A stretch of DNA of 64,000 bases from Octopus vulgaris (taxonomy: Eukaryota). This document shows, piece by piece, positions 1 through 12,260 of the stretch. The notes beneath the pieces are model-generated. The model made no database searches. It was given only the letters and a program-made list of their open reading frames with translations, and was not told the DNA's origin. The stretch spans positions 21,328,001 to 21,392,000 of the forward strand of contig OX597817.1 in assembly GCA_951406725.2 (NCBI GenBank), read 5' to 3'. Numbering within the stretch: position 1 is the stretch's first letter; each line of letters opens with the position of its first letter. Both the position numbers and the translations under genes were made by a program.

Positions 1-1047
1 GAGCACAGATTGACAGAAGTGGTTAATTGTATCAGAACTCTAAGAGACTGATCGAAAGTTTAGTGAAGAATTACATGATTTTTGTAATGAAAAATGTCGC
101 ATCTTATATAAATATACATATATTTAGCGCATTAAACGTAAAACTACGTATCATAATTGAAACATAACATTTTCAGCCAAATTATATTCGTAAATGAAAT
201 CAAATATATTTACGTACTTTCGGTTTTAGTGAATTTCCTAAAATGGAAGTAAGAATAACATCACTTAGGCTGTGTTTTTGTCTTTGTTGCCGTATACTTA
301 TATTTAATAAAACTGTCGTTTTACAATAAATGTGCTAAATATGTAGATGAGCGATAATGAATTTGAAGCCGCGGATGAAGAATTTGAGATTGCTGTAGAC
401 GAGAGTGAAGTTGTTTCTTAAATTTGAGATTTGAGGCGAAAATGTTCTAATCGTACTTTAACTTGTCTTTCACACCTCCAGACTTACTGCTACACACACA
501 CACCTATTCACAAAAAATAAAGACATACATATACACATATGCACATATTCACATACATATAGTAATGTCTAGTAAGATCAGTGGGAAATCCATGAGAAAT
601 GTATGTTTATAAATGAATCTGGCCATATATAACCCATCCTTCATTTGAAACTTCAATTAGGCGATTCTGACGCTTTAAAAATACAAGATATTCCCACGAG
701 TATATATCGAAATATATAAGAAAATCATAAACTCAAAAGGAAGGCGTTTGTGATAAAGTCTCTGAAGATCAAGATCACAGACTCTTTTTCTTGTGTATTA
801 ATTTAGTACACATTTTGATAGTAACGGACTGATATCATATTTGCGACTGTAGTTAAAAGATCTGTATTCCGTGGCTACTAATATCTCGTACTGGAAAGTA
901 AGTGTGAGAAAAAAGTTGGAAAGTATTGGAAATTCGGTAGGTTTAAAGAAGATAACACGAAGGTAAAGCATATGAATCTAGATTGGAATGTAATGTAGAA
1001 GTGAGAGACAGATTGTGTTTAGATATTAGTGTTTATTCCTATGTGAC

Positions 1048-1096
<49 letters not shown>

Positions 1097-1640
1097 ATAT
1101 ATACATATGTATATCATGCATATATATGTGTGTGCTTGTGTGTATGCATATATATATATATATGTGCATGTATATTTGAACGTGTGTACGTACGTATGCA
1201 TGTATGTACATATGTATTCACGTGTGTGGATGTCTTCAGTGTTTGACTTTGTGGAGTATTTTGTTTGTTTCGTTCATGCCAAAAATTTTACTAGAATTAT
1301 CTGTGATGTTTACCTATTTGTGTGTATTTGACCATATATGTATGTATGTATTTAAGTATGTATTTATGTATGAATGTATGTATAGATATATAGTTAAGTC
1401 GATTGATTAAGAGATAGAGCGAGGTGTGAAGGAAATAGAGCGACATATTATGTCCTATTACACTGGTGTTAAATGAAATTAAGCGAAGAAAATGAGGTTA
1501 AAATATTTGATAGACTGGAATAATATGCTTCCAAATATAAGCCTGAATGACAGATTATTTTAGCGCTGTACTTTCTTAGCGCTCGATTTTCACAGACTCT
1601 CCTAATACCGAATTATTTATCCTCAGCTTTGAAAAAAACA

Positions 1641-2128
1641 TTCTTTCCTGCTCTAGGCGCAAGGTCCGAAATTTTGGGGGAAGGGGCTAGTCGATTAGAT
1701 CAACCGCAGTACGCAAATACTACATAATTTTTCAACTCCGAAAGGACGGAAAGCAAAGTTGACCTCAGCAGAATTTGAAATAAGAACGTAAGGACAGACG
1801 AAATACACTAAGCATTTCGCCCAGCGTGCTAACTTTTCTGCCAGCTCGCCGTCTTCCGAAGGGATGAACCTCGGCAGAATTTGAACTCAGAACGTAATGG
1901 TAGACGAAATACCTATTTCTTTACTACCCACAAGGGTCTAAACACAGAGGGGACAAACAAGGACAGACAAAGGGATTAAGTCGATTACATCGACCCCAGT
2001 GCGTAACTGGTACTTAATTTATTGACCCCGAAAGGATGAAAGTCAATGTCGACCTCGGCGGAATTTGAACTCAGAACGTAATGGCAGATGAAATACCGCT
2101 AGGCATTTCACCCGGCGTGATAACGCTT
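1641..2128 (-). mobile_element. SINE family B (tRNA-derived, Meta/MESC-like central domain), two adjacent/dimeric units
   Basis: Reverse complement reads GGCGAGCTGGCAGAA..TTAGCACGC (head), GTTCTGAGTTCAAATTC (B-box-like) and CTTTCATCCTTTCGGGGTCAATAAATTAAGTACCAG (central domain). It aligns by eye with the copies at 12035 and 44816-45518. The Meta/MESC assignment is from recalled consensus. Confidence 0.85.
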
Positions 2129-2419
2129 TGAACAAACAATTATGAAAAACATCAATGCATAGATACTGCTGTTTATGCTGATTTTTAGAGATGTTGTTTT
2201 GCTTCCTGTCAGGTTAGTTGTGAGTACAGGCTCGTGGCCGAAATTAATTTAAACTGCTGATGAAGCGACATTTCTATACACCTGCTCTACGTTATTAATT
2301 TTCTTTTCCCCGTAGGTCAGTAGAACGTAGTTTGGGGCTGGATGTTGGAGATATGTCAACCAGATAGATCTGCGTTGCAGAGTCTCCTTTGTTGGTTTGT
2401 AGGGCAAACAGTTATGAAC

Positions 2420-2812
2420 CTATGTCATCATGTTGTGGGCCACTGGAAACACCAAACCGAGGTCACAATTTCCATTTTTGAACTTGGTATACCAATCACG
2501 AGCAGTTCTTTCAGCTATGGCTCCCTCTCCATACACAGCACAAATGTCGTGAGCAGCTTTGGCGGCATTAGAACCTTGATTAAAGGCAAAAAGGAGGTGT
2601 CGAAAATGCTCGTTTTTCTTAACTTGCCATTCCAATTTAATGATCTAAAAATAAATAAAAATTAATTAAATTAACTAGGAAAAGAAAGGAAATAGATTCT
2701 AAAATGATTCAAAAATAGAATTCTTTGAAAAAATAGATTTCAAATTTTAAAAAACTCAATACATTCCCAAATAAAAAAAAAAACGGCGCGAACTTAGTTT
2801 CCAACTCCATAT
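2420..2812 (-). mobile_element. mariner transposon 5' relic: TIR plus N-terminal HTH of the transposase
   Basis: ORF 2635->2420 MEWQVKKNEHFRHLLFAFNQGSNAAKAAHDICAVYGEGAIAERTARDWYTKFKNG matches the Mos1/Hsmar1-type first HTH. A TIR-like end TATATGGAGTTGGAAACTAAGTTCGCGCCG starts at a TA near 2812. Homology is lost after ...KFKNGNCDL. Confidence 0.88.
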
Positions 2813-4022
2813 ATATGCTGCTATTTTCTTATTTATATATAGATAGATACTTTGATAGATATAATCTGGTATACATATATATATATATTTATATATAGAG
2901 ATATATATGTGTGAGTGTGTGTGTGCGTGTGTGTGTGTTTGTTTGTGTGTGTATTCTTTATTCTGTTATATAGAGAGAGAAAGAGAGAGATATTTTTCTG
3001 GGTAATTTGATGGATCAATGGAAAAGGAGTAGAGATAGTAAAATGGTCAAAATGGCGGTGATCATTATAAACCTATAATCCTTTTATGTCAATGAAATGT
3101 GTGCATAATGAACCATGGTGTTCACTTGGCATCATGTCTTACGAAACTATTTCTGCGCATGCGCCAGCTGTCTTGTGTTTTGACATCCGGTACACGTCCA
3201 TTAAGTTCGAATGCCAAGTAATTTCATTTATTTTGATTTGCACATTTTACTTATGTTTATACACGTGTAGTTAAATTAGCGAAAGAGTAGTTATAACCTC
3301 GACATATTTGGCTCGTGTATCTATATGTTCGATACTCTTGGCACAATATGCCGAAATAGAAGAAAAAAAATCGGTCAATTTTAAATTTTGGCGTATACGT
3401 TGTTTGTTTTTTGTTTTTAATATATAATTTATATAGTTTATTGATTTGTTGTACGTTAAAATACCGCTGTATTATGTTTTTTTACTTCTTTTTGATATTA
3501 CCTCGACTGGTTTTGCTGTGTAAAAGCGCCAGTGTATAACATATTTAAAATCACTCGCTTAAGTAACAAATACTAGAGAAGGTAAAGCATTGAATATCAG
3601 TGGAACGCATTTTATTCTTTTCAAAGGCCTGTTTCTAGAACGGTTAAACCCCAATGCTCTTTTTTAGTTTACCAGTCATTTTTTCTTATTTGTTTTCTGT
3701 GCTATTACATTCCAATGTTGTTATGAGAAAATTTTCCCTAAGTTCTGATTGCTGATTTACGCAAAATAGCCACGAAATTAAAATTGCAACGTATTCTTGT
3801 GGAGTAAAACCAGTAGCCTCTTTTAATATTCAGAATTAGTTGCTTTAGATATTTGAAATAGGGGAATACTAGTATAGTTATAGAGTTCATGAACAGTGTA
3901 AAATTGGTATTGGTCAATATACCAGAATTATATGCTTTCAAAGAAGAGTTGGTTTACATGTTACTCTCCACTTGCACAAGTATATGAGTATGTATATATA
4001 CTGACACACTCATAAACACAGG

Positions 4023-4075
<53 letters not shown>

Positions 4076-4123
4076 GGGGGCATGCACGCGCATGTGCTCA
4101 TGTGTGTCTATGCATAAATATAT

Positions 4124-4156
<33 letters not shown>

Positions 4157-4195
4157 AATATATATATACACACACTAACATACATATTTAGCATT

Positions 4196-4256
4196 CCAGA
4201 AGCCTGAAGAAGTCTGGCTCCTGTTAGGAGACTGCGAAACTTGAAGTCGCCGGGTC
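4196..4256 (+). ncRNA. hammerhead-ribozyme-like motif (Penelope pLTR type), partly decayed
   Basis: CTGAAGA (4204-4210), helix II CTCCT/AGGAG, GAAA (4236-4239), short helix III CTTGAAG, GTC triplet (4246-4248). Helix I is weak. Confidence 0.5.
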
Positions 4257-4319
4257 CGAGCAAAACTGTCTTGAATACTACACGTAACACCTACTGTGTC
4301 AAATGTGTCAATATATATA

Positions 4320-4420
4320 ATATTTATGTATATATGATATTTATGTATATATGATATTTATGTATATATGATATTTATGTATATATAATATTTATGTATA
4401 TATGATATTTATATATATTT
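4320..4420. repeat. AT-rich minisatellite, ~17-bp unit TATTTATGTATATATGA, about 6 copies
   Basis: Direct tandem repetition visible in the sequence. Confidence 0.85.
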
Positions 4421-6372
4421 AAAAAGAAAAATTAGGAAATAATAATTTTTCCAGGTTTTCAGGATATTTACTATTTTACACTTTACTACTGCAAAGCAAA
4501 CAGTATCAATCCTAATAGTATTACAAATTTGAGATTTTACAATAGGATCTCAACTTCAATTTCAGGATAACCTTATTTTCTGGAGTACACATAGAAAGTT
4601 ATATCCAAAATACTAATCTAATAATATAAGCATTATATAACATACATACACACATTATAAACAGATTCTAGCTTAGATAAAGTTGTAACAAATACTGACC
4701 AATTGGTAACTGTATTCATCTGGAAAGATGTAATATTATATAGAATTTTAGTCGCAAACTTAACTTCGACTCGATCAGCCAAAATCAATAATTGTAGGAA
4801 AGTAATAAAAGTTATCGTTCGCATAGTAATATACACACGGAATTAACAAACGTACTCAAGCAACATATGTTGTACATATATTCTTAAATAAAGACGCTCG
4901 TACACAAACTGCTTCTTGAGCCAATGTTTTGCAAAATAACTTTCTTATATTAAGCTGGAAATGTTCTTTCAACTGAAAAACAGAGATTTGTCTCAGGACT
5001 GCTTTCAATAAACATGTTACGGAAGCAACCTAAGTTTGATTATGTCTTTGAAATTTGTTTATCAGATTTCGAAAGAGAATCCATATATTGAATTATGAAA
5101 TATGTTCTGGGAGGAGTGCCTGGTTTTACCGTGTAGAACAAAAAAAAACAAAAAAGCATGAAATGTTATAAACGTATTTTGCGTCTAAGAAGGTTATGAA
5201 CAAATTCAGAACCTAGATCTGATGAGAAAATTCTCTACGAAAGAATAGTATGCCAAGATGATTATAAAGACCGTCACATGCTAACTACCTTAGCCAGTCT
5301 AAAGAAAGGATACCTCTACAATTAATGAGAATGGAATACGCTTATATAAATAAGGTCAAATAAATTTCTGGTATCATATAATTTGTATTATAAGGGGGTT
5401 ATGATCACTAAAAGTGTGATTTTTAAAAAAATACAGTAGCTAAAAATGGAATTTAACCTCCCTCAAATCACTTTCTAGCACCTGAAAAAGAAACTCATCG
5501 GGCATTTCAGACATTGATAAACATAAATAAGGGATGATTAAGGTTCGAACACTTGTCATAATTTTCCTGTTCGTTTAGTTGATCTCTGGCTAAATATCAA
5601 CAATATAGCTTAAAGACATATATTTATGAATGGGTAATTGCTTTTTATACGAAATTACATCAGTAAGAAATAGAAGTGAAATAAGATAAATTGGCTTACA
5701 GAACGTTATACAAAGCAACCAATAAGAAATGATACATCCAACTTACTGAAAAATTGAACTGTTAAAAATAACAGAAAGATACTTGTTGAATCGCAAAATT
5801 CTTTACAGAACTAAGAGAATTGAAATTATAGAAATAAATGTATTCGACTATAAAATTTTCAGAGCTTGTCTTACAGAAGTATCAGATATAATACCTCAAA
5901 TGGCATAAATTAAAGGAGACCGAAATATAGGATATTCGGAATGAAAGTATAGAAAAAGCTGAACAGAAATTGTCGAAACAACACGACGGAAATGAGAGAA
6001 ATAACAGGACGTAACCTATAAATAATTAAATATAACTTACTCGTCCACATCAAAAGACTACAATGATTTGATCATGACATCTAAGATGATTGTTAGCATG
6101 GCTGCTTCAGCTTTTATTTGTAGTTCTTCAATAAATCTCTGTAGACCAGACATTGGTTAGAAGTCGATAGTCTGTTCTGTATACAATATCTTATTCAGAT
6201 GTTTCAGTCAGAGCACATGAATAAGCAGTTTCACAGGAGGTAGACTTTGGGTATAGATAACTGAATGTTTAGAAGAATTGTCTCTGCAGCAAATCTTAGA
6301 CTATATGCTCACATTGGAGAGTCATTTCTTGAAATAGATTTAATAATTATGTTTCTTTTTAATATTTATAAA

Positions 6373-6541
6373 CAGGAGTAGCTGTGTGATTAGAAGCTTG
6401 CTTACCAACCACATGGTTCCGGGTTTAGTCTCACTGCGTGGTACCTTGAGCAAGTGTCTTCTACTGTAACCCCAGGCAGACCGAAGCCTTGTGAGTGGAT
6501 TTGGTAGACGGAAACTGAAAGAAGCCCGTCGTACATATGTA

Positions 6542-6572
<31 letters not shown>

Positions 6573-6812
6573 GTTTGTGTACGTGTGTGTGTGTGTGTGT
6601 ATTTGTGTGTCGGTGTTTGTCCCCCCAATATCGCTTGACAACTGATGGTGATGTGTTTACGTCCCCGTCACTTAGCGGTTCGGCAAAAGAGACCGATAGA
6701 ATAAGTACTGGGGCTTCCAAAGAATAAGTCCTGGGGTCGATTTTCTCGACAAAAGGCGGTGCTCCAGCATGGCCACAGTCAAATGACTGAAACAAGTAAA
6801 AAGAGTAAGAAA
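6373..6812 (+). mobile_element. SINE family A (tRNA head, CORE-like segment, internal (TA)n(TG)n, CR1-like 3' tail)
   Basis: A/B-box-like head, CCTTGAGCAAGTGTCTT CORE-like segment, internal microsatellite, tail GGCGGTGCTCCAGCATGGCCACAGTCAAATGACTGAAACAAGTAAAAAGAG. Collinear with six other copies in the window. Confidence 0.9.
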
Positions 6813-6939
6813 AAGAGGTGAGATTATTTGATAAGTAGGCATAATTCTGTGGTGAAAAAAAAACTATTAATTCAAGTATTATAAAACAATAATAATAATA
6901 ATAATAATAATAACAACAATAACAACAACATCAACAATA

Positions 6940-7320
6940 ATGTAAAGATAATAGATGCTGCAATGCCAGGCGATTCGAGGGTGAAAATTAACGAAATAGA
7001 AAAGATGGAGAAATACCAGCGAATGCCGAACGAGGTAGGAAAGTTATGGGGTATGAGGACAGGAACGGTGACACCGGTGGTAACTGGAAAATTAGAGAAT
7101 GTTTCCAAGAGATTGAAAAACATGTTAAGAATATTGGAGCTGCTGTCAGGCTCAAGGTGATCCAGAAGACAACCTTGTTGGGTACAGCTCGCATTCTAAT
7201 GAGATTATTGTCTCTTTGTGTTACGTGAGAAAGCAGTACTTGAAACCTTTGGTGATTTGTTATTGCCTGCATTCAAGTAAAGAATAACCGCTAATTAAGA
7301 ATTTTCCGAAAGCATTTCAT
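6940..7320 (+). mobile_element. R4/Dong-like non-LTR retrotransposon, old 3' fragment (RLE C-terminus plus 3' UTR)
   Basis: IIDAAMPGDSRVKINEIEKMEKYQRMPNEVGKLWGM..VTPVVTGKL, then a frameshift to VIQKTTLLGTARILMRLLSL*. Homologous to the C-terminus at 9000-9265. Flanked by (TAA)n on both sides. Confidence 0.8.
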
Positions 7321-7338
7321 AATGGGCAAAATAATAAC

Positions 7339-7402
<64 letters not shown>

Positions 7403-7404
7403 TT

Positions 7405-7556
7405 GAAAATTGCACTACTAGGCACTGCACACATCCTTCGCAGAACACTTTCCATACAATAACCATCAGAGCATCACAACAAATCACAGCACATACCCAA
7501 GGCACACAGAGCTGCGCTCGGTAGTGAAGTGAAAGCACGCTATAAAAATAAAACTA

Positions 7557-7560
<4 letters not shown>
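7405..7560 (+). mobile_element. R4/Dong-like element, 156-bp 5'-truncated young copy
   Basis: Matches 9208-9363 with one mismatch found by eye (CCTTCGC vs CCTACGC). Embedded in (TAA)n. Confidence 0.93.
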
Positions 7561-7647
<87 letters not shown>

Positions 7648-7667
7648 TTAATAATAATAATAATGAT

Positions 7668-9363
7668 ATGCTAAATAGAACTGAATGCGGATATAAATGT
7701 TACGGCAAAACGATCAGCCACCTTTTATATATGGATGACCTAAAACTATACGCTGCAAATGACAAACAGCTGGAAACACTATTAAAGACAGTTCATGGAT
7801 TTACCAAAGAAATAGATATGAAATTTGGATTAGAAAAATGCGCCAAAGTAACCATGAAAAGAGGAAAACTAGTTAAGAGTAACAACATCACACTAGATAA
7901 AACCAATGAAATAAAAGAATTAGACCAAAGCCAAACTTACAAATACTTAGGAATCCATGAACTAGATAAGACACAACACACACAAATGAAAGAGAAAATA
8001 AAAAAAGAATATTATAGACGAGTTAGATCAATACTAAAAACAGAGCTCAATGCTAAAAACAAGATAATAGGTATCAACACTTTAGCTGTCCCAGTTATAA
8101 GTTACAGCTACAATATCCTTAACTGGACACGAAATGAACTGTCCAAAATAGATAGGAAAACAAGAAAAATACTGACAGGATCTAGGATGCATCACCCAAA
8201 ATCTGACATAGAAAGACTATATATACAACGTATAGAAGGTGGTAGAGGCCTTATACAGCTGGAAAACTACTATAAAATAACCACCATAGGACTGCAAAAA
8301 TACCTACTTCAGAAGGAAGGAAAACTGATCCAGATAGCAGCAAAACACGAGCAAAACAAAAAACTGTTCTCAGTATTTAAGGAAGCGGACAAATACAAAC
8401 AAGAAATCATACCACCTAATAAACACGAAGAAGAAGAAGAAGATGATGAAGAAACAACAAAAGCTATAAAACAAATGAAATCCAAACTAAAAATAGAACA
8501 GCAACGAGCCATGATAAAACGATGGCAAGAAAAACCCCTTCATGGTAAATACTGCACTAAACTAAACGCAAAAGAAATAGACAAAGAAAAATCCCAGCAA
8601 TGGTTGAGAAGCTCAGGACTCAAAGCAGAAACAGACCAAAGCCTCCCCACCAGAAATTACCAAAAACATGTAATGAAAAGAAATATTACAAGTAACTGCA
8701 GAATATGTGGAGATGGACAAGAAACAATAAATCATATTATCTCTAGCTGCCCAGTCCTGGCTAAGAAGGAATATATTCACAGACATGACAGAGTTGGAAC
8801 CTACATACATTGGAAGCTATGCCAACATTATGGAATAACAACAGAAAAAAGATGGTATAGGCACATACCAGAAAAGGTCACAGAAAACGAGAAAGCAACC
8901 ATACTCTGGGATATGCCGATACACACAGATAGAGAAATTAAGGCCAACAGACCAGATATAGTTGTCAGAGATCATGAAGAAAAAAATGCTTTCTAATTGA
9001 TGTATCAATACCGGCAGATGACAACGTGTCTCTAAAAGAAATGGAGAAACTCTCAAAATACAAAGACCTGGAAATAGAGGTAACTAGAATGTGGAATCTG
9101 AAAACAGAAACAATTCCTATCATAGTAGGTGCATTAGGCATGATAAAAAAATATTCAGACAAATACATAACAAAAACACCAGGACTTACAAACACATATA
9201 ACATACAGAAAATTGCACTACTAGGCACTGCACACATCCTACGCAGAACACTTTCCATACAATAACCATCAGAGCATCACAACAAATCACAGCACATACC
9301 CAAGGCACACAGAGCTGCGCTCGGTAGTGAAGTGAAAGCACGCTATAAAAATAAAACTACTGA
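7668..9363 (+). mobile_element. R4/Dong-clade non-LTR retrotransposon (RT C-half, CCHC knuckle, restriction-like endonuclease), 5'-truncated
   Basis: ORF 7668-8996 has HLLYMDDLKLYA, FGLEKCAK, YKYLG, GGRGL, CRICGDGQETINHIISSC, RHD and ANRPDIVV. It continues after a 1-nt shift in an A-run near 8980-8987 as CFLIDVSIP..EKLSKYKDL..IVGALG..LGTAHILRRTLSIQ* (9265). Short 3' UTR, (TAA)n on both flanks. Confidence 0.95.
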
Positions 9364-9425
9364 ATAATAATAATAATAATGATGATAATAATAATAATAA
9401 TAATAATAATGATAATAATAACAAC

Positions 9426-9463
<38 letters not shown>

Positions 9464-9899
9464 TCTGATGCATTAACAAGCACTGGCTTTCATGGCTTCT
9501 GATTTTCACTGAGTGGAAATGTTAGCATGTATACATTTTGTCTTGATATAAAAGATGGGCTCGAGCAAATATTATGTTCATACCACAGATTTGCTTGTCA
9601 ACTGCGTGACCTTAACTAATTGAGCATGTTCCTTGGTAGCTAACATTTTGTGATTCCCTGATCACGTGCAGAACCAGTGGGGTAGCATCATAGTGATGTG
9701 TTGAGAGGAACTCTTTGGGGCTTGAATAATTAGCCTCCAGAAACATAGGTGTTTTATTCAAAACAAGGAACAACCAATTATTTAAAGACATTTTGAGTGG
9801 GATGGCTACTTGACCTGAAGATACTTCTAACTGGGTTCTACCAGCAAGGTCATCCGCTGTACATTTTGATATGAAAGTAGCACGACGCTCACATACCTA

Positions 9900-10080
9900 G
9901 AAAGGTATCACAAATTTATGAGGAGATCCCAGAGACTAACAATCCACGGGGTTCAAAACTTTGTACTAACATCAACAGGTCACCTTCTCAGGAAGTTTCT
10001 CTCCGGTTTGTATATGCGCACTTAGCTCTGTAGTTTAAATCCGACTGGAAGATGAAAAAAATGGAAACGAAAAGGTAACA
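9900..10080 (+). mobile_element. R4/Dong-like decayed 3' end
   Basis: LTIHGVQNFVLTSTGHLLRKFLS resembles NIQKIALLGTAHILRRTLS of the 7668 element. Followed by a short UTR and (CAA/TAA)n. Confidence 0.6.
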
Positions 10081-10114
10081 ACAATAATAATAATGATGAT
10101 TTGAAATGATGGTA

Positions 10115-10292
10115 CTTGGCTAACGATGCTGGAGAATGGGTAAGTCAATTTCATAGACTCCACTGTGTTTACTGGTACTTATTTTATCAACCCCAAAATG
10201 ATGATAGTCAAAGCTGATCTCGGCGGAATTGAGCTCAGAACACAAGAATGGGCGATAACGTAATGCTGCTAAGCATTTTGCCAGGCGTGGCA
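10115..10292 (-). mobile_element. SINE family B, degenerate
   Basis: GTTCTGAGCTCAATTCCGCCGAGATCAGCTTTGACTATCATC..GGGGTTGATAAAATAAGTACCAGT on the minus strand. Confidence 0.75.
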
Positions 10293-10589
10293 AAGGATGA
10301 GCGGGGAAATACAAAAGAGCAGAAAATCCATAGAAAAACTTTTCTATGGATTCGACAAAAGACGATTGCATCCCACACGTCACAGCAGCCATCAGTCAAC
10401 AGCTCCTTAACTAGTGTATTAATGGGGTCCCTATAATCTTTTCTTGCTGATAAATACGCGTTTAACATCCAGTGATCGGGCCTCTGTCTACGTGATTTAA
10501 CTAAATCGACAGTGCCAATCATATATTTGTGGTCAGTGTAGTCGACCAATTTGCACTGTGCGCAACCTGCACTATCCCTGACTGGATGA

Positions 10590-11390
10590 CTTGTTGTCCT
10601 TACTCTATATCCACAATGGGTCATCAGGGAAAGACAGTTCAGACCAATCAGAAAGTTAGAAATTTCTGAACAGATTTTGAAGGTTTTTTGCATCTTCTCC
10701 TATTATGCACTAGATTCCCTTTCTTTATTAGGTCTAATACAGAAATTTACTTCGAGAGCATATCGAGCCCTGCCTGTATCCTTCTCTTCCACCATGGATT
10801 TTTATTTTCTTGTAGCTCCCATTTTATTTCTTTTTCTTGACATCACCACCCACATTCTCTGCTACAAGAATACTTGCTGCCTTGATCAAATTATTTATTT
10901 CTGTGATGTTGTTTGTTCTGATTATTTCAGAATATCATTGAGACTTTTCGTTTCTTGTTTCAACTTCCACCGGGCAACCTTTTAATGTTGGAAATAATGT
11001 TGCTATCTTTCTCCTGTAGTCTTGCCTTTATTCTTTCGTAGATTGTCTTTTATTCATTTGTCATGTCACCATTATGCTTCTTATCAAGTAAACTATCAGT
11101 GTTCCTTTCCTGTGCTATGAGATTACTTTTATTTGTAAGAACTGTATTTTCATCGTTATCTCTGCTGCCATTTTCCAAGTCCCGTCTTTTGATGGCTTCG
11201 AGCTCTACTCCTGTGAACCCAAGATTATTTTTTATTGCTCTAGCTTGATGATACAGACTGTGTTCCGTGAGTTGAAACAATCCCTTTTCCATGCAACGAT
11301 CATACATACGTTTATTCTTCCGTGTTGCTCAGGTAGTAACACTCCATGACCACAGCATTAATTTTCTTACTCCATCTATGCGGGGTGTGG
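10590..11390 (-). mobile_element. R4/Dong-like element, decayed N-terminal region
   Basis: Minus strand, broken by stops and frameshifts: RWSKKINAVVMECYYLS / MYDRCMEKGLFQLTEHSLYHQARAIKNNLGFTGVELEAIKRR / IRTNNITEINNLIKAASILVAE / NPWWRR. This matches the recalled N-terminus of R4/Dong ORFs. Confidence 0.75.
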
Positions 11391-11394
11391 TGGT

Positions 11395-11565
11395 CTTCTT
11401 CTTCTTCTTCTTCTTCTTCTTCTTCTTCTTCTTCTTCTTCTTCTTCTTCTTCTTCTTCTTCTTCTTCTTCTTCTTCTTCTTCTTCTTCTTCATCATCATC
11501 ATCATCATCATTACTATTATTACTATTACTATTATTATTATTATTATTACTATTGTTATTACTAT
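11395..11565. repeat. compound microsatellite (CTT)n(CAT)n(TAT)n
   Basis: Directly visible; the source of the poly-F/E/K/S ORFs in the track. Confidence 0.95.
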
Positions 11566-11569
11566 ATGA

Positions 11570-11850
11570 AAACTCACTGTTTATTTGCATGGGTATGATG
11601 GAATGTGTCAGCTGTCCACAGTCAGCAGGAAAATGTGACACATATTACTGGTCAAGCCACAGGTGGCCCGTGGAAAATTCTTGCAGTTTCAAGCAATGCT
11701 GACTTTTGTAGATGCTCTACTTTCACGCTTGTACCGATCTTTTTCAGCCACGTTTCTGGTTGGGTGCTGATACTTCCAAGTCCACCAATTACTATTCGTA
11801 CCACGTCCACTCTCTTTCCATTTACTATAAACTTCGTATTTGTCACTTGA
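11570..11850 (-). mobile_element. R4/Dong-like 3' fragment
   Basis: KRVDVVRIVIGGLGSISTQPETWLKKIGTSVKVEHLQKSALLETARIF, followed on the minus strand by a 3' UTR and (TAA)n. Confidence 0.8.
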
Positions 11851-12034
11851 AATCGTCATAGATGTTTTCCTTTTTTTCCTCTTTTACATTGATCACGTTG
11901 TTACCGGGGTATACTATGGCGATTAGCATGCATCTTCTTTCTTACTATGCCGATTATTATTATAATGATGATGATGATGATCATCATCATCATCATCGTC
12001 ATTACTGTTACTATTATTATTGCTATTGTCATTA

Positions 12035-12260
12035 AGGCGGAGAGCTGGCAGAATCGTAAGCACATTGGACGAAATGTTTGTCGGTATTTCACACCGTCGC
12101 TACGTTCTGAGTTCAAATTCCGCTGCGGTCGACTTTGCCTTTCATGTTTTCAGAGTCGATAAAGTAAATACTAGAGAAACACTGGTGTTGATATAATCGA
12201 CTTATACCCTTTCACCAAAAATTGCAGCGTTTGCCTTTGTGGCAATATTCGAAAGCATTA
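12035..12260 (+). mobile_element. SINE family B monomer
   Basis: GGCGGAGAGCTGGCAGAATCG..GTTCTGAGTTCAAATTCCG..GTCGACTTTGCCTTTCAT..GTCGATAAA. Confidence 0.85.

Noticed and set aside
347-421. Acidic mini-ORF MSDNEFEAADEEFEIAVDESEVVS*
   Set aside because: Only 24 codons, a weak splice acceptor and no recognisable family.
983-1410. Many 60-280 aa ORFs rich in YI/HT/CV or poly-N/L/K/D (also at 11.3, 18.2, 20.8, 27.2, 32.2, 48.2 and 59.6 kb)
   Set aside because: They are translations of di- and trinucleotide microsatellites that lack stop codons; there is no other coding signal.
3154-3164. TGCGCATGCGC NRF1-like promoter motif
   Set aside because: An isolated short motif with no gene start or CpG-rich context.
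6060-6300. Minus-strand peptide LNKILY..SGLQRFIEELQIKAEAAMLTI, reminiscent of the RT region after YADD
   Set aside because: Too decayed to call without an alignment.
6340-6795. Recurrent similar ORFs (MSSNARGTNTDTQ..EPCGW) at 6.4, 13.0, 15.4 and 52.8 kb, resembling a gene family
   Set aside because: They are antisense translations of SINE family A copies.
9463-9900. GC-richer segment after (TAA)n, possibly a Dong-associated non-autonomous repeat related to 56360-56456
   Set aside because: The overlap between the two within this window is too short to demonstrate the relationship.
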